Source: Octopus sinensis | Lineage: Eukaryota | Assembly: GCF_006345805.1 (NCBI RefSeq) | Contig: NC_042998.1 | Span: 138,694,001-138,758,000 of the forward strand | DNA: 64,000 nt | Direction: 5' to 3' | Shown here: one piece after another, positions 1-13,390 of the stretch | Position numbering within the stretch: the stretch's first letter is position 1 | Layout: every line of letters starts with the position of its first letter | Program-made: the position numbers and the translations under genes | The notes under the pieces: generated by a model | Database searches by the model: none | The model's input: the letters and a program-made list of their open reading frames with translations, nothing else | What the model was told of the DNA's origin: nothing

Positions 1-524
1 TACAAAGGCAAATTAAAGTTTATCATGACATCAAACATTCAAAAAATATTGTAGATAATTCATATATTTAAAACACATTTCATAAAATATTGTGTGTGTG
101 TTTGATAAAAGTTGTGCATCATAAATCTGTTCTATAACATTTTTTTGTTAGAACATTAGTACTTCAATGCGTCAGGCGTTTGGCACATAAAATTTATTTG
201 CAGTTTGTCCATCTCAAAAAAAGTATACTAAAAATCGGGACAAAACTTACCGTAAAATCTTCTTCACTTACAAAAGTATTATTCGCAATGTAATCGAATT
301 CAGAGAAAATTTCTTTGCTGTTATTCAGCCATTCGTTAGTACAAAAAGAAATGTACGTGTTTTCTTCTTTATCCAATCGATTGCACTACAAAATAAAAGA
401 TTTAAATAATCCTTTATAATTTTAACATAAGGCCACTAAGTCTTAAGAGGACGGGGAAGCCGATTACATCGACCCCAGTGCTGAACAGATTCTTATTTTA
501 TTGATCCTGACAGGATGAATGCAC

Positions 525-985
525 GTAGCCAAGTGGTTAGGGGTGTTGCATTCTTGATCACAGGATCGTGGTTTCGATTCCCACAACGGGCGGTGCGTTG
601 TGTTTTTGAGCAAAACACTTCGCTTTGCGTTGTTCGAGTCTATTCAGCTGCAAATGAATAACCTTGCGACAGACTGGTCTCTCATTCAAGAAGAATGTTG
701 TGATCCCGGTTACTTATATCCACTGAAACCGGGGAACCGGCCCTACCTGTCTTTGGACTCGATAATAACAATGTTGAAAGGATGTTCACCCCATTACCGC
801 CTGACAACTGATGTTGGTGTGTTTGCGCCCCCGTAACTTGGCAGTTCGGCAAAAGATCCCGATAGAATAAGTACTAGGCTTAAGAAATAAGTCATGTAGT
901 CAAGTTGTTCGACTAAAACCCTTCAAGGCGGTGTTCGAGCATGGCCAAAGTCAAATGACGGAAACAAGTAAAAGAATAAAAGAAT
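525..985 (+). mobile_element. tRNA-derived SINE, degenerate
   Basis: A-box-like TAGCCAAGTGG and B-box-like GTTTCGATTCC head; 3' half shared with the SINE copies at 5695, 15469 and 16297. Confidence 0.75.
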
Positions 986-1095
986 ATAAAAATACAATAG
1001 AATATGAAACACCATTAATTTTTTTTCATTATACAAACACACACACACACACACACACACACCTACACACACACACACACATATACATATATATA

Positions 1096-1250
1096 CGACG
1101 GGCTTCTTTCAGTTTCTTTCTACCAAATCCACTCACAAGGCTTTTGTCTGCCCGAGGTTATAGTAGAAGACACTTGCCCAAGGTGCCACGCAGTAGGAGT
1201 GAATCCGGAACCATGTGGTTCGTAAGCAAGCTACTTACCAGACAGACACT
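1096..1250 (-). mobile_element. 5' part of SINE family A
   Basis: Reverse complement of the head of the 5695/15469 copies (ggttccgg..ttca..ctgcgtggcaccttgggcaagtgtcttct). Confidence 0.8.
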
Positions 1251-1639
1251 CCTACGCCTAAATTGTAATTTTAATCAAAATTCTTTTTAGTTAACTATAT
1301 TAACTATACGAGTGACTACTCATCTAAAGCTAGCATGGTATACATCTCTTATTTTATTGGCTCCTGATCACGTGTTGATGACAATTACTAATTTTTCCGT
1401 TCACGTTTTCAAAGAGTGTTTTATTTATTTATTTTTAAAGTAGAGAGCGGTAAAGTTTGTCAATTATTTCTGGCATTTATTTACAACGACATTAGTGGAG
1501 GGAAGGTGAAGCTGATATAGTAATGTCTGAATGGAAATATAAACATGCCAATTAAATGTATTTCTATAAGACAGTAATTCATTATATAACAGTAGTTCCA
1601 CCGTGTTTCCTCCAAATGAAATATTGTTTAGATGCATTT

Positions 1640-1935
1640 AAATGGTTACGACGACGAGGGTTCCAGTTGATCTGATCAACGGAACAGCCTGCTCGTGAAA
1701 TTAACGTGCAAGTGGCTGAGCACTCCACAGACACGTGTACCATTAACGTAGTTCTCAGGGAGATTCATCGTGATTCAGAGTGTTACAAGACTGGCTCTTT
1801 GAAATACAGCTGCTGCTCCTTTTTGCCAGATGAGGGGTCTGGAGCAAAGTGAAATAAAGTGTCTTGCTTAAGGACACAATACGTCGCTGGGAATTGAACT
1901 CACGACCTTACGATTGTGAGCCGAATACTCTAACC
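1640..1935 (-). mobile_element. tRNA-derived SINE relic
   Basis: tRNA-like head on the minus strand (tggttagagtattcggctcacaatcgtaaggtcgtgagttcaattccc). Confidence 0.65.
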
Positions 1936-2413
1936 AAAGAAGAACTAATCTACATTACTGGCTGCAAATGAATTCGCAGGCGCTAAATCAGTTTTTCGAG
2001 AGAGACGTTTAAAGAAAAGCTAGAGTTTTCTGACACCTAGCTGCGGATGGCTATTGACTCTACTGCGTTCCTTCGCCTTTGACATGATTTTTTTTTCGTC
2101 CTGCTGGGAGTTCACCAAAACCCATCCTCCTTATCATGCAAACTTATTCGGTTGCCAGTTTAGTTGCCGACTGCTCGAACACACGGTAGGCTGTAATGGT
2201 TTACATGTTACCAATAGCATTAAGAGTGACTTCACTCTCACACACACATATGCGCACGCACATACATACATACATACATACATACATACATACATACATA
2301 CATACATACATACATACATGCCAGTATGTGTATATATAGTTAATCCAAACATGAACAAGCAAGAAAAAAACAACGCGAGGACGTGGAATAAGTAATATAT
2401 ACGTGTTTACACA

Positions 2414-2465
<52 letters not shown>

Positions 2466-2874
2466 ACACACACACGTACACATACAAACAAACTTATAAT
2501 TGCAAGATAATTATGGAAGAGAGAAGTAAAATGTAACTTGATGCTCTGAGCGTAGCTAGAAGTCAGGTTGTTGACCAAGTCATTCAACATTCAATTGATT
2601 TTAATTATTCTTTATTTTTTCTTTCACTTGTTTTAGCAATTGTACTGCGGCCATCCTGGGACACCGCATTGAAGGTTTTAGTCAAATAAATCGACCCGAA
2701 TACATATGTATTTATACTTATTCTATATATATATTTATCGACATATATTTTATACTTATTTTACAGGTCTCTTTTACCGAACCGCTGATCTACAGCGGTG
2801 TAAGCCAATACCGGTTAAGTGAGAGGAGACAAACACAAACATATCGGTTCGTGTGCGAGAACACGCACCACGCA

Positions 2875-2937
<63 letters not shown>

Positions 2938-3419
2938 GCACACTCACGCACATTCACACAAATACACACACGCGCGCGACAAACTTCTGCACAGTTACAT
3001 CTGTCACATTTACTCACAAGGCATTAGTCGACCCGAGATTGCTGTAGAAGACAGGCAGCTTAAAGTGCTGCCTGGTGGGACTGAATATGAAACCACGCAG
3101 TTGCGGAATTAACTTTTTAATCGCACGTCCGTGCCTGCGTCTATATGAAAGGTCTTGCCAAATTTGATGGCATATAAAACGCATTTTCTACCCCACCAGA
3201 AAGTGTTCCCAAAATCATCCTGCGTTTTGCATGCGAAGTTGGGCCAGACAAACTTTAGTGCGCTAAAAACATTTTCATCTGAATATATACTGTTGGAATG
3301 ATGTGCAGTAAAATTTTAGAATTATCTGCCCTGCATCTTTTAATTTTTTTAAAGAAAAAGTCAAACTGTTGTGAACTACGAAGTCCAATGGTGTAAAGAA
3401 ACAGACAAATCATCTAGCT

Positions 3420-3774
3420 CAGGGGATCTCAACCATTTAAAAAAATTATTTATGGACCCCTTTGGTTACTATTTATTCTTGTGGATCTCCATAGTCATTC
3501 AATGTTTAAAAACTAATTTTATAGAAACGTATTTCAAAATGGTAATTTTGTTTTTCTTACATTATAACTTGTGTAAGTTGAACTATGTAAAATGTTAGAG
3601 AAAGAAATCTAGCAGTGTCTTGCAATATATACATCTAAAGCAAGATTTTTTTCAGGAGCCCTTAAAATACCATTGTGGATCCCCAGTTTACTATTTTGTT
3701 GTGTGGACCCCCAAAATCTTATATGGACCCCCAGGGACCATATATGGACCCTCAGGGACCCTCAGGAACCACTA
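3420..3774. mobile_element. hAT-type MITE
   Basis: 8-bp direct repeat ATCTAGCT at 3412-3419 and 3775-3782; imperfect TIRs CAGGGGATC / TAGTGGTTC; subterminal GGACCC repeats. Confidence 0.75.
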
Positions 3775-3883
3775 ATCTAGCTGAAAGACATAATTTACAT
3801 ATAAGCATTGCTATTGCTTCTCTTTATTGACATTTAGTCAAAAGAGACCGACAGAATAAGTACCAGGCTCTCTAAATAATAAT

Positions 3884-4103
3884 AATAATGGTTTCAAATT
3901 TTGCCACATGGGCAGCAATTTAGGGGCAGAGGATGTGTCGATTACATCGACCCCAGTGTTCAACTAGTACTTATTCTATCGACCCAGAAAGGATAAAAGG
4001 CAAAGTCGACCTCGGCGGAATTTGAAATCGGAACGTAACGGCAGACGAAATACCTGTAAGCATTTCGCCTGTCGTGCTAACGATTCTGTCTGCTCGCCGC
4101 CTT
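3884..4103 (-). mobile_element. SINE family C
   Basis: Reverse complement matches the + copy at 58531 (aggcggcgagc..agaa..cgttagc). Confidence 0.85.
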
Positions 4104-4105
4104 AA

Positions 4106-4205
<100 letters not shown>

Positions 4206-4228
4206 AATAATAATAATAATAATAATAA

Positions 4229-4774
4229 TGCACTACCAGGCAGTGGCTCTCGTGGCTTCTGATCTTAACTGACTGGAAGTGTTATCATGTACATTGTTTT
4301 GTCTTGGTATAAAAGATGGGCTACAACAAATATTCTGTTCAATACCACAGATTTGCTTGTCAGTGGTTTGATCTTAACCAGTTGAGTATGTTCCTTGATG
4401 GCTGACGATATGTGCATCTCTGATCACAAGCAGAAGTAGTGGGGGAGCATCACAGCCATGTGTTGAGAGGAATTCTTTGGGTTTTGGGTAATTCACTTCT
4501 GGAAACATGGGTGTTTCGTTCAACATCCTTAAACAACCCTCATTCATGGACCTTTTGAGAGGGATGAGCTACTCGACCTGAAGAAAATCTAACTGGGCCC
4601 CACCTTCAAGGTCATGCGCTGTTTATCTTGGTATGAGATCACCATGTCACGCACAAATAGTTGTGATGCATGTGCCTGGTGTACCCTTATCAGACGAGTA
4701 GTCATGATGTGTATACTGGGTTTCGTATATTTTATCCCAGTGTCACCTTGATGGCATGCACTGCTCTCTCACTT
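4229..4774 (+). mobile_element. ~550 bp (TAA)n-associated non-coding element, near full length
   Basis: Aligns end to end with 25623-26177; flanked by TAA tracts. Confidence 0.85.
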
Positions 4775-5514
4775 AACAATAATAATAATAAGTATTGGGG
4801 CCGATAACTTCGATTGCGATTCTTTAAGGTGATGCCCCAGCATAGCCGCAGTCTAATGACTGAAACAAGTGAGTATATATTACTGACAAAACTGAAAGAG
4901 GCAGAAATGCACCTCTAACTTTATCCCCACCGCTGCAGGACGATTTTCGTCTGCTACTGCAATATTTGTGTTTTTAAATACCGTATGTCCATAAGAGATC
5001 TTATCTCCTGTGGGATACCGTAGTTTCGTGGCATATTTGTATTAAACATGATACGCAAATAGCTATGTTAATTATAGTTAAACAATGACTTACGTATGTC
5101 AGGAAAGTGAATTCAACTCGTCGCATTGATTCATAGCCGGTAGATTTGATGTGTTTCACTAAATTGATATCAAAACTGTGTGGATAAGTCTCTTCACCAG
5201 TTTCAACGGGAGCTGACTTGGTTAAATGAAGACAAAAACTTGCCAAGATGATGAATACCAATCTATATGGGACTTCTGGATGGAAAACAGAAACAAAAAA
5301 GAAATTAGGCTGCTTTTTCTATTATTGGCAGATGTGACGAAAATAGTTCACTCTTCGAAAAATTAAATTTGTAAGTTGAAGATTCTAACCGTTGTTTTAG
5401 GTGTCTTAGGTGCAGCGTGTGTGTGTGCTCACGCAAACACACACGGGCACGCCACACCGCACACACACACACGAATACAAACACAAATACACACATGAAT
5501 AATTTTTTTCTTTT

Positions 5515-5578
5515 ATAAGGCCATATATATATAGTCGATACGTTCAATAAGGCCATATATATATAGTCGATACGTTCA
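5515..5578. repeat. Perfect 32-bp tandem duplication
   Basis: ataaggccatatatatatagtcgatacgttca x2. Confidence 0.9.
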
Positions 5579-5694
5579 ATAAGTAATGCCCCTGATCCAC
5601 TTGCATTTGTTTGATCTAGCTGAAATTTTGCATGTGTAATTATTTATATCTCTATAGATTACGTGGCAAATTGCAGCTCTGAACTATATATATA

Positions 5695-6095
5695 GGTGCA
5701 GAAGTAGTTGTGTGGTAAGTAGCTTGCTTACCAACCATATGGTTCCGGGTTCAGTCCCACTGCGTGGCACCTTGGGGAAGTGTCTTCTACTATAACCTCG
5801 GGCCGACCAAAGCCTTGTGAGTGGATTTGGTCGATGGAAACTGAAAGAAGCCCGTCGTACATATGTATATATATATATCTATGTGTCTATATGTTTGTGT
5901 GTCTGTGCTTGTCCCCCAACATCGCTTGACAACCGATGCTGGTGTGTTTACGTCCCCATAACTTAGCGGTTCGGCAAAAAGAGACCGATAGAATAAGTAC
6001 TAGGCTTACGAAGAATAAGTCCTGGGGTTGATTTGCTTGACTAAAGGCGGTGCTCCAGTATGGCCGCAGTCAAATGACTGAAACAAGTAAAGAAA
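5695..6095 (+). mobile_element. SINE family A, full length
   Basis: Head ggtaagtagcttgcttaccaacc..ggttccgggttcagtccc, central TA/TG tract, tail gactgaaacaagtaaa; aligns with 15469. Confidence 0.9.
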
Positions 6096-6295
6096 TACAT
6101 AACTCTTACAAAACTACGGCTGGATGTTAAAGCAGCTGCTCAACAACTTAAATGTGGACGTGATATATGATGATCTTGCGAAAGAAGATCGTCTCAATGC
6201 GACATGTCAGCTACTGGGAGAAGCTCTCATAGTTAAGTCTTTACTCCTTAAAACGAAGACGAGAAAGATATGTAGAATTATGTGTTCGGAAAATC

Positions 6296-6520
6296 TTGGA
6301 AGGACTTGTACCAAACTTTGGTATTGAAAGTTACAGAAACAGCAGAACTGGGCGTCATTGCATAGTGCCAAAGATCCCAATATTATTATCAGGACACAAG
6401 ACCAGATACTGCAATAGCTTGGGTGTCAAGAGCCCACAGCTGTTCAATATCTTTTCTAAAAGCCTGAGAGACCTACATGGTATCGATGTAGGTGTCTTGA
6501 AAACTGGATCTCCACCTGTC
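6296..6520 (+). mobile_element. CR1/L2-like LINE 3' ORF fragment
   Basis: EGLVPNFGI..RTGRHCIVP..NSLGVKSPQLFNIF resembles the post-RT region of CR1-group LINEs; a related piece lies at 13095-13300. Confidence 0.6.
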
Positions 6521-6525
6521 CAGTA

Positions 6526-6568
<43 letters not shown>

Positions 6569-7151
6569 ATATTACGCATTTATTATAATAATTCGAATAA
6601 CGGTGACATAACACTTAGATAATACTTCTACGAATTTGACCAGCACCCCGAATGACGACGCTATAAATATTAAGAATAGGGTAAGTAATGCTAATAATAA
6701 TAAACGCAGTTGCAATTGTAGGGAAAGATCCCAAATGCCCATTATTATATCATATATAGCGCTTTCGTCCATTCTAGTGGAATCGTCAAATTGAACTAAG
6801 TTCTTGCAGGAATTTTGACTCTTTTTATAGTGTTATTGAGTGTGTAGTAGTGGGGAGAGATATAAGATAGTACAAGAGGGTAATGAATGGGGAGAAAGTG
6901 AGAAAGAGCATGTGTGTGTGTGTTTTTGTATCTGAAAGAATTGTTAAAGAAAAAGAAGGAAAGGAAGAAAAGGGAGAGAAAGAAGAAAAATTGTGTTTTG
7001 TTGGTCTCTTTTGTAGCTGGTCAGGATGTTTACTTAGAGGGGGGCAAAATGTCACTTTTAAAAATTTGTCTGGTTTCTTTTTTATCATAGTGAGAGAGAG
7101 AGAGAGAGAGAGAGTGTGGTGTGTGTGGTGTTTGTATCTGAAAGAGGTGTT

Positions 7152-7251
7152 NNNNNNNNNNNNNNNNNNNNNNNNNNNNNNNNNNNNNNNNNNNNNNNNN
7201 NNNNNNNNNNNNNNNNNNNNNNNNNNNNNNNNNNNNNNNNNNNNNNNNNNN
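7152..7251. other. Assembly gap (100 N)
   Basis: Run of N between GT microsatellite flanks. Confidence 1.
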
Positions 7252-7253
7252 GT

Positions 7254-7287
<34 letters not shown>

Positions 7288-7771
7288 CCTGTATATATGT
7301 GAGATAATAGTTTCAGTATTAAAGTGAAACAATTAAAGTGAAAATATCTGACATTACTATAGAGAGATGTTATTGATTCACTTTTGACACGGATACTCAA
7401 ATAGTGGAGATATGATATTACTGTGGGCTCGCATGAATGAAATTGGTTGTGTAGTTCTCAGAATTTAGGGATTCACACAGACAGACAGATACACTTTCTC
7501 ATCTTTATATATACAGATAACATTACTCATAATTTTTTTTGTATCGTGTGCCCTCTTTTTTTTTTGCCAATTTTCACATTATGTACACAAATTTTATACA
7601 TTCTATATCTTCCTTAAAAGTAAGGGAAGGATTTAAAAATCTCACGTTATACCGAATTTGCCAAATCAAAAATAAATACACAAAAAGACATTATTATCAT
7701 ACCATAGTAAATATATAAACCTCTGATTATTAATAAAACTAACAGCTACTCTTCGTATTACTCTTCGTAAA

Positions 7772-7985
7772 AGCGGCGAGCTGGCAGAATCGTTACCACG
7801 CAGGGCAAAATGTTTAGCAGCCTTTCGTCTGTCTTTACTTTCTGAGTTCAAATGCCGTCGAGGTCGACTTTATCTTTCATCCTTTCAGGGTCGATAAAAT
7901 AAGTACCAGTTGAGTACCAGGGTCGATGTAATTGACTTAATCTCTCCCCCGAAATTGCTGGCTTTGTGCCAATATTTGAAACCAA
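7772..7985 (+). mobile_element. SINE family C
   Basis: aagcggcgagctggcagaatcgtt..gttcaaat..gaggtcgacttt. Confidence 0.85.
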
Positions 7986-8749
7986 TATATTAGTTTTAGC
8001 AGAATTAGCGGAGAGGAGATACAGTTGTGTCGCACTAAAAGGACATACAGTATTTAGTTACACCCATTACCTTCTGAGTTCAAATCTCTCCAGGGTTGAC
8101 TTTGATCTTGTCCCTCGATGAAATAATTACAAGTTAATTTACTAATTATTTGCGGTTTTGTGACTATATAACGGTATTTGGCTTCATCTGGATGCTTTTA
8201 TGCATAATACAGAAAAAAAACAGCAATAAAAGAATTCCTATACATACCCATGTTTTCAATTTAAACTAAATATGTTAAAATATCAGTCTAATATCGTTGA
8301 CAATCTTGATTGTAGCAATTAGATATGTATTGGTTATCTTCTCGCTCAGCAGAGTTAATTCTACCAAAGACTTTGCAACTTTCAGTTACGTCGACTAAAA
8401 CAAAATGATACTATTTGTTAGACAATTCTCTCTTTTATAGTGAAAACAAGCTTCATTTTCGCAGGAAGTTTTTTTTCCTGTAAAAGAATTGAAAAAAGAA
8501 TTCCCAGCAATGACTGGCGTGAGTAAAGTACAGTTTGTTTGAATTCGAAAGTAGGAAAAGTTTTAATTGAATATCACCGTAGCTTGTGCCGGATAATAGA
8601 TCATTAGCTGAAGCTTGTCATTAATCACATGGTAGTTAATAATTGTCATGAATAAATCAAGGAAGTAATAGAGTTGTATGAAAAAAAAAGAAGAGACTTT
8701 TGTTATAATGTTAATGAAAAGCAGTAAGCATTATTACGATTGTAGATTT

Positions 8750-10630
8750 CAAATTCCGTTGAGGTCGACTTTCCCTTTCACTCATTCGGTGACGATAGAA
8801 TAAGCACCTGTTGATCTCTTCCCCTGAATTTTCAGGCCTTGTGCCTGAAATAGAAAGCATTATTCTTTTCTTTTCTACTTTAGGCACAAGGCCCGAAATT
8901 TTGGGGGAAGGGGGGGCAGTCGATTAGATCGACCCAGTACGCAACTGGTACTTATTTTGTCGACCTCGAAAGGATGAAAGGTAAAGTCAACCTCGACATA
9001 ATTTGAACTCAAAACGTAAACACAGACGAAATACTGCTAAGCATTTCACCCGGCGTGCTAACGGTTCTGCCAGCATGCCGCCTTATAGAAACCGTTATTA
9101 TGACTAGATGTATCATTGGTAATGTCGAACGAAAAAAATTACTGCACATAGTTACGACTTTTTACATTTTGTGCTCAAACTCTAACAGCGCCGAATTTTA
9201 TATATATTTATTTTAATAATGCCAATAACATAAATATTGGTCAAGTACAAGTTCATCAGAATTGACTATAGTAAAACAATATTTGTAGTTTTGAACATTA
9301 TACTTATGAGCAACCTATATCTAATTTATTAGCATTTATTATAATAATTTTTTTCCTTCTAATTTTGGAACAAGGCCAGCAATTTTTAGGGGGCAGAAAA
9401 TATGTCGATTACATCGATTCCAGTACTTGATAGTTATTTTATTCTATCGAGTCGAAAGGGCTAAAGGGAAAATCGACCTCAACAGAATTTGAACACAGAA
9501 CGTAACGAACAGGAAGAAATGTCACCGTGTATTTTGTCCGACGCGCTAATGGTTCTGCCAGCTTCCCGCCCTAAAAATAATCCTTCCAACTATTGAATTA
9601 AGGCCTGAAATTTGATGGGAAAGGCCTAGTCGATTACATGGATCACTGCACTTGAATGATACTCCATCGACCCCGAAAAGACGAAAAGTTATGTCTACCT
9701 CGTCGAAATTTGAACTTAGAAAGTAAAGTAGGAAGAAACGCCACCTAACAACAATAATAATACTGTGTATTATAAGTACAAGGCCTGAACTTTGCGGGGC
9801 AGAAGGTGTTAGTTGATTACATCCCAGTGCTTAACTGGTACTAATCCATACATTCTGAAGATTGGTATACTCGATTATACTTACTCCAGTGCAAGATTGG
9901 CGCCTGTTTTATTGACTCTGGAAGGATGAAAGACGAAGATGACCTTGACAAGGCTTGGATTCAGAACCTAATGGAATGTAACGAAAAGCTGCAAGGCAAT
10001 CTACCGTTTCTGTAATTTTAGTTCTACATCAACAGCAATAATTATTGCTTTTAATATAGGTGCAAGGTCTGAATTTTTAGAAACGGGATCAGTCTAGTAA
10101 ATTGTTTCTGTATATGATTAACATATTTCATTGACGCTAAAAGGACGAAAAGCAAAGTTGACCACGGCAAGCTTTGGACCAAGAACGTACATTTGGAAAA
10201 AAAAGCAAAGCACTTTGTCCGACGCTCTAATAATTCTGCCTAATCAATTTCTCACGTAGGCACAAGACCAGAAATTTTGAAGGAAGGGATTACTCGATTA
10301 AATCAACTCCAGTATTTGACAGGTACTATATATTATAGTTCTTGAAACGATGAAAGGCAAAATTGATCCCGGCGAGTTTTGAACACTGGAACAAATGCTG
10401 TAAAGCATTTCATCCGATGAGATAACGATTCGGCCGACCTATTACCCAACAACATTAATAATAATGGCTTCTGATTTAGGCAAAAGACCAATAGTTTTGA
10501 GGGAAAAGGAAATAGTCGGTATTATCAACCCCAGTACATGAATGGTACTTTATTTTGTCGATCCCGAAGGGATGAAACGTAAAGTCGATCCCGGTAGAAT
10601 TTGAACTCAGAACGTAGAGTAGGAAGAAAT
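8750..10630 (-). mobile_element. Cluster of about 7 co-oriented degenerate family-C SINEs plus one opposite copy
   Basis: Recurrent a(c)aaggcc..aattt starts near 8880, 9365, 9595, 9775, 10058, 10258 and 10478; + copy at 8750-8850. Confidence 0.75.
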
Positions 10631-11055
10631 GCTGGGTGGGTGTGACGGTTAGAGAATATTCATTTTCTTTTTTTTATGAAAAGAAGTAGATAAGAAATTG
10701 CCATCAATACCCGCTTATAATTAAAGTTGGAAAGAGGTATCAGGTAGAGTCGCTACGTTTCTGCACTGGGAGGTCACAGTTTCGGTACTATAGACATAAA
10801 GTTAGAAATGTTTTATTCTTTTACTCTTTTACTTGTTTCAGTCATTTGACTGCGGCCATGCTGGAGCACCACTTGCAAGAAAGAATCTCAAGACAGCTTC
10901 TTCGATCCGAGCCAAGCGCCAAGAAGACCAAGGGGTAGACCAATAACGAAATGTTCTTTTACGGGGCTCAGAAAAACTGAAGGCCCGCTGAAAATTGAAA
11001 GGGGAATATGTTGAGTAAAATCATAATTTACTGATCCTCCTGCATGATTGATCGC

Positions 11056-11128
<73 letters not shown>

Positions 11129-11712
11129 ATATATATACATATACATACATACAGAGTACAGACGACAGAGAAAGTTAAAGGGATGGAAGAAATGTACTAC
11201 AAGTCCAACAGTTGCTTTTGGGGGACCAGCGATCCATAATAATGTTGGTAGATATAGTTCATCATAATATGCGGCCGTATGGACGCAATTAATATTGGAT
11301 AAGACGAGCCTCTATAATCAGGAGCTCGTATTATCCAGTGTTAATTGCATCCATACAGCCGCAGATTATGATGAACTAAATTTACCGACATTATTACGAA
11401 TCGCCGAGCCCCCAGAAACAGCTGTTGGATTTATAACACCTTTCTTCCACCCTTTTCTCTGTCGTTTGTACTCTGTGAAAGTTGAACTTATTAATATAAA
11501 CTAGCAGAAAGACCACCCTCGGGCGGTTTTATGCCAGCTCCTTGATAATATTTTCACATTTGATTCCCAATTCTAAGAATTTTTATATTTTATGTCTAAT
11601 TATTTCTTTGTATATTTCACTTGCTTAGTAAATATTGCTTTCATTATTTTATCACAATCATAATCTCTCTCTTTTAAACCAGCATCACGGTAGTCCAACG
11701 ATAAAAAATCAA

Positions 11713-12010
11713 TATGAGAGGTATAGAAAATATAGCAAAGTGCCAGGACCTAGCTATTCAATTACAGAGATTATGGAAAGGGCTTGTAAAATGTATCCCA
11801 GTAGTTATAAGTACATTGGAAACTATCCCTAGAAATTTGAACAGATGGATAGAGGAAATAGACATAACACTCAGTTTAGTACAGCTGCAGAAAATAGTGT
11901 TATAGTGACAGCTAGGATACTAAGGAGTGTTCTTGGCACCTAAAGTTACTTCTTGTAGCCCAATGTTAGGACTCCTTTTTTTTCCCAACACTCTAACCTG
12001 TTGTGCGCAA
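11713..12010 (+). mobile_element. R4/Dong-like LINE 3' fragment
   Basis: KYS K.QDLAIQLQRLWK..IPVVI..LQK; same family as 20410-20670; followed by a (CAA/TAA)n tail. Confidence 0.8.
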
Positions 12011-12079
12011 ATGAAAATAACAACAACAACAACAACAACAACAACAATAATAATAATAATAATGATAGTAGTAGTAATA

Positions 12080-12257
12080 ATGGTTTCAAATTTTTTCACA
12101 AAGGCAGCAATTTTGGGGGATTACATCCACTCCAGTGTTCAACTGGTACTTATTTTATCGACCTCGAAAGGATGAAAGGCAATGTCGACCTCAGCGGAAT
12201 TTCAATTCAGAACATAAAGACAGGACGAAATGCTGCTATGCATTTCTTCCGGCGTGC

Positions 12258-12293
<36 letters not shown>

Positions 12294-12316
12294 TAATAAT
12301 ATTAATAATAATAATA

Positions 12317-12358
<42 letters not shown>

Positions 12359-12753
12359 CCTTTTTACTATAGCACATGGCCTGAAATTTTGGGGGAGGGG
12401 CCAGTCGGTTAGATCAGCCTCATTATGCAACTGGTAGTTAATTTATCGTGCCCGAAAGGATGAACGACAAAGTCGATCTCGGTGGAATTTGAACTCAAAA
12501 CGTAGCAGCAGACGAAATACCTATTTCTTTACTACCCACAAAGGGCTAAACACAGAGAGGACAAACAAGGACAGACAAACGGATTAAGTCGATTACATCG
12601 ACCCCAGTGCATAACTGGTACTTAATTTATCGACCCCGAAAGGATGAAAGGCAAAGTCGTCCTCAGCGGAATTTGAACTCAGAACATAAAGACGGGACGA
12701 AATGCTGCTATGCATTTCTTCCGACGTGCTAACGACTCTGCCAGCTCGCCGCC

Positions 12754-12755
<2 letters not shown>
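12080..12755 (-). mobile_element. Chain of three family-C SINE copies separated by TAA tracts
   Basis: Repeated gaaaggatgaaaggc..gtcgacctc..gaatttgaactc blocks. Confidence 0.85.
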
Positions 12756-12820
<65 letters not shown>

Positions 12821-13390
12821 TAATAATAATAATATGTTATTTGTATTTATTAGAATATGTTGGTGTGCATTATAAAGTGTGCAAAAGGAATTCTAAACCA
12901 GTTCGTTCCTCTATCTTCTTTGCAGAAATGTATGAGTGCGTTTTTTATGTGTGGCTTTATTTTAGAAAATTATGTGGGAAGTTTTTTGAAACTTCGGGGA
13001 CATGTAATTTCTTATTGATATTTTTTTATATCGTCGAATTGTAATCTCGGTTTTTATGCGTGTTATTATATGTAAATGTTAGTATGTGTGTAATAATTTG
13101 GCATTCAATGGTCCACAGCTCTTCAATATCTTCCCAAAGGAGCTGAGAGACCCACATGTTGTGAATGTAGACGTCTTCAAAACTAAACTGGATCTCCTAC
13201 TGTCAATAGTCTCAGATGAGCCAACTTCATGGCATGAAGTGAGAATGAGAGTAGAAGCAAACTTTTTCGTTCACTAAATTCCAATTATTAATGGAGGATG
13301 AATGAAAGTGTAGCAACACCAGTTGGCGGTTATCTAGCATGACCACAGCCCTTGATCTAAAACTAGTAACAGTGTACTCATCCCCCCACA

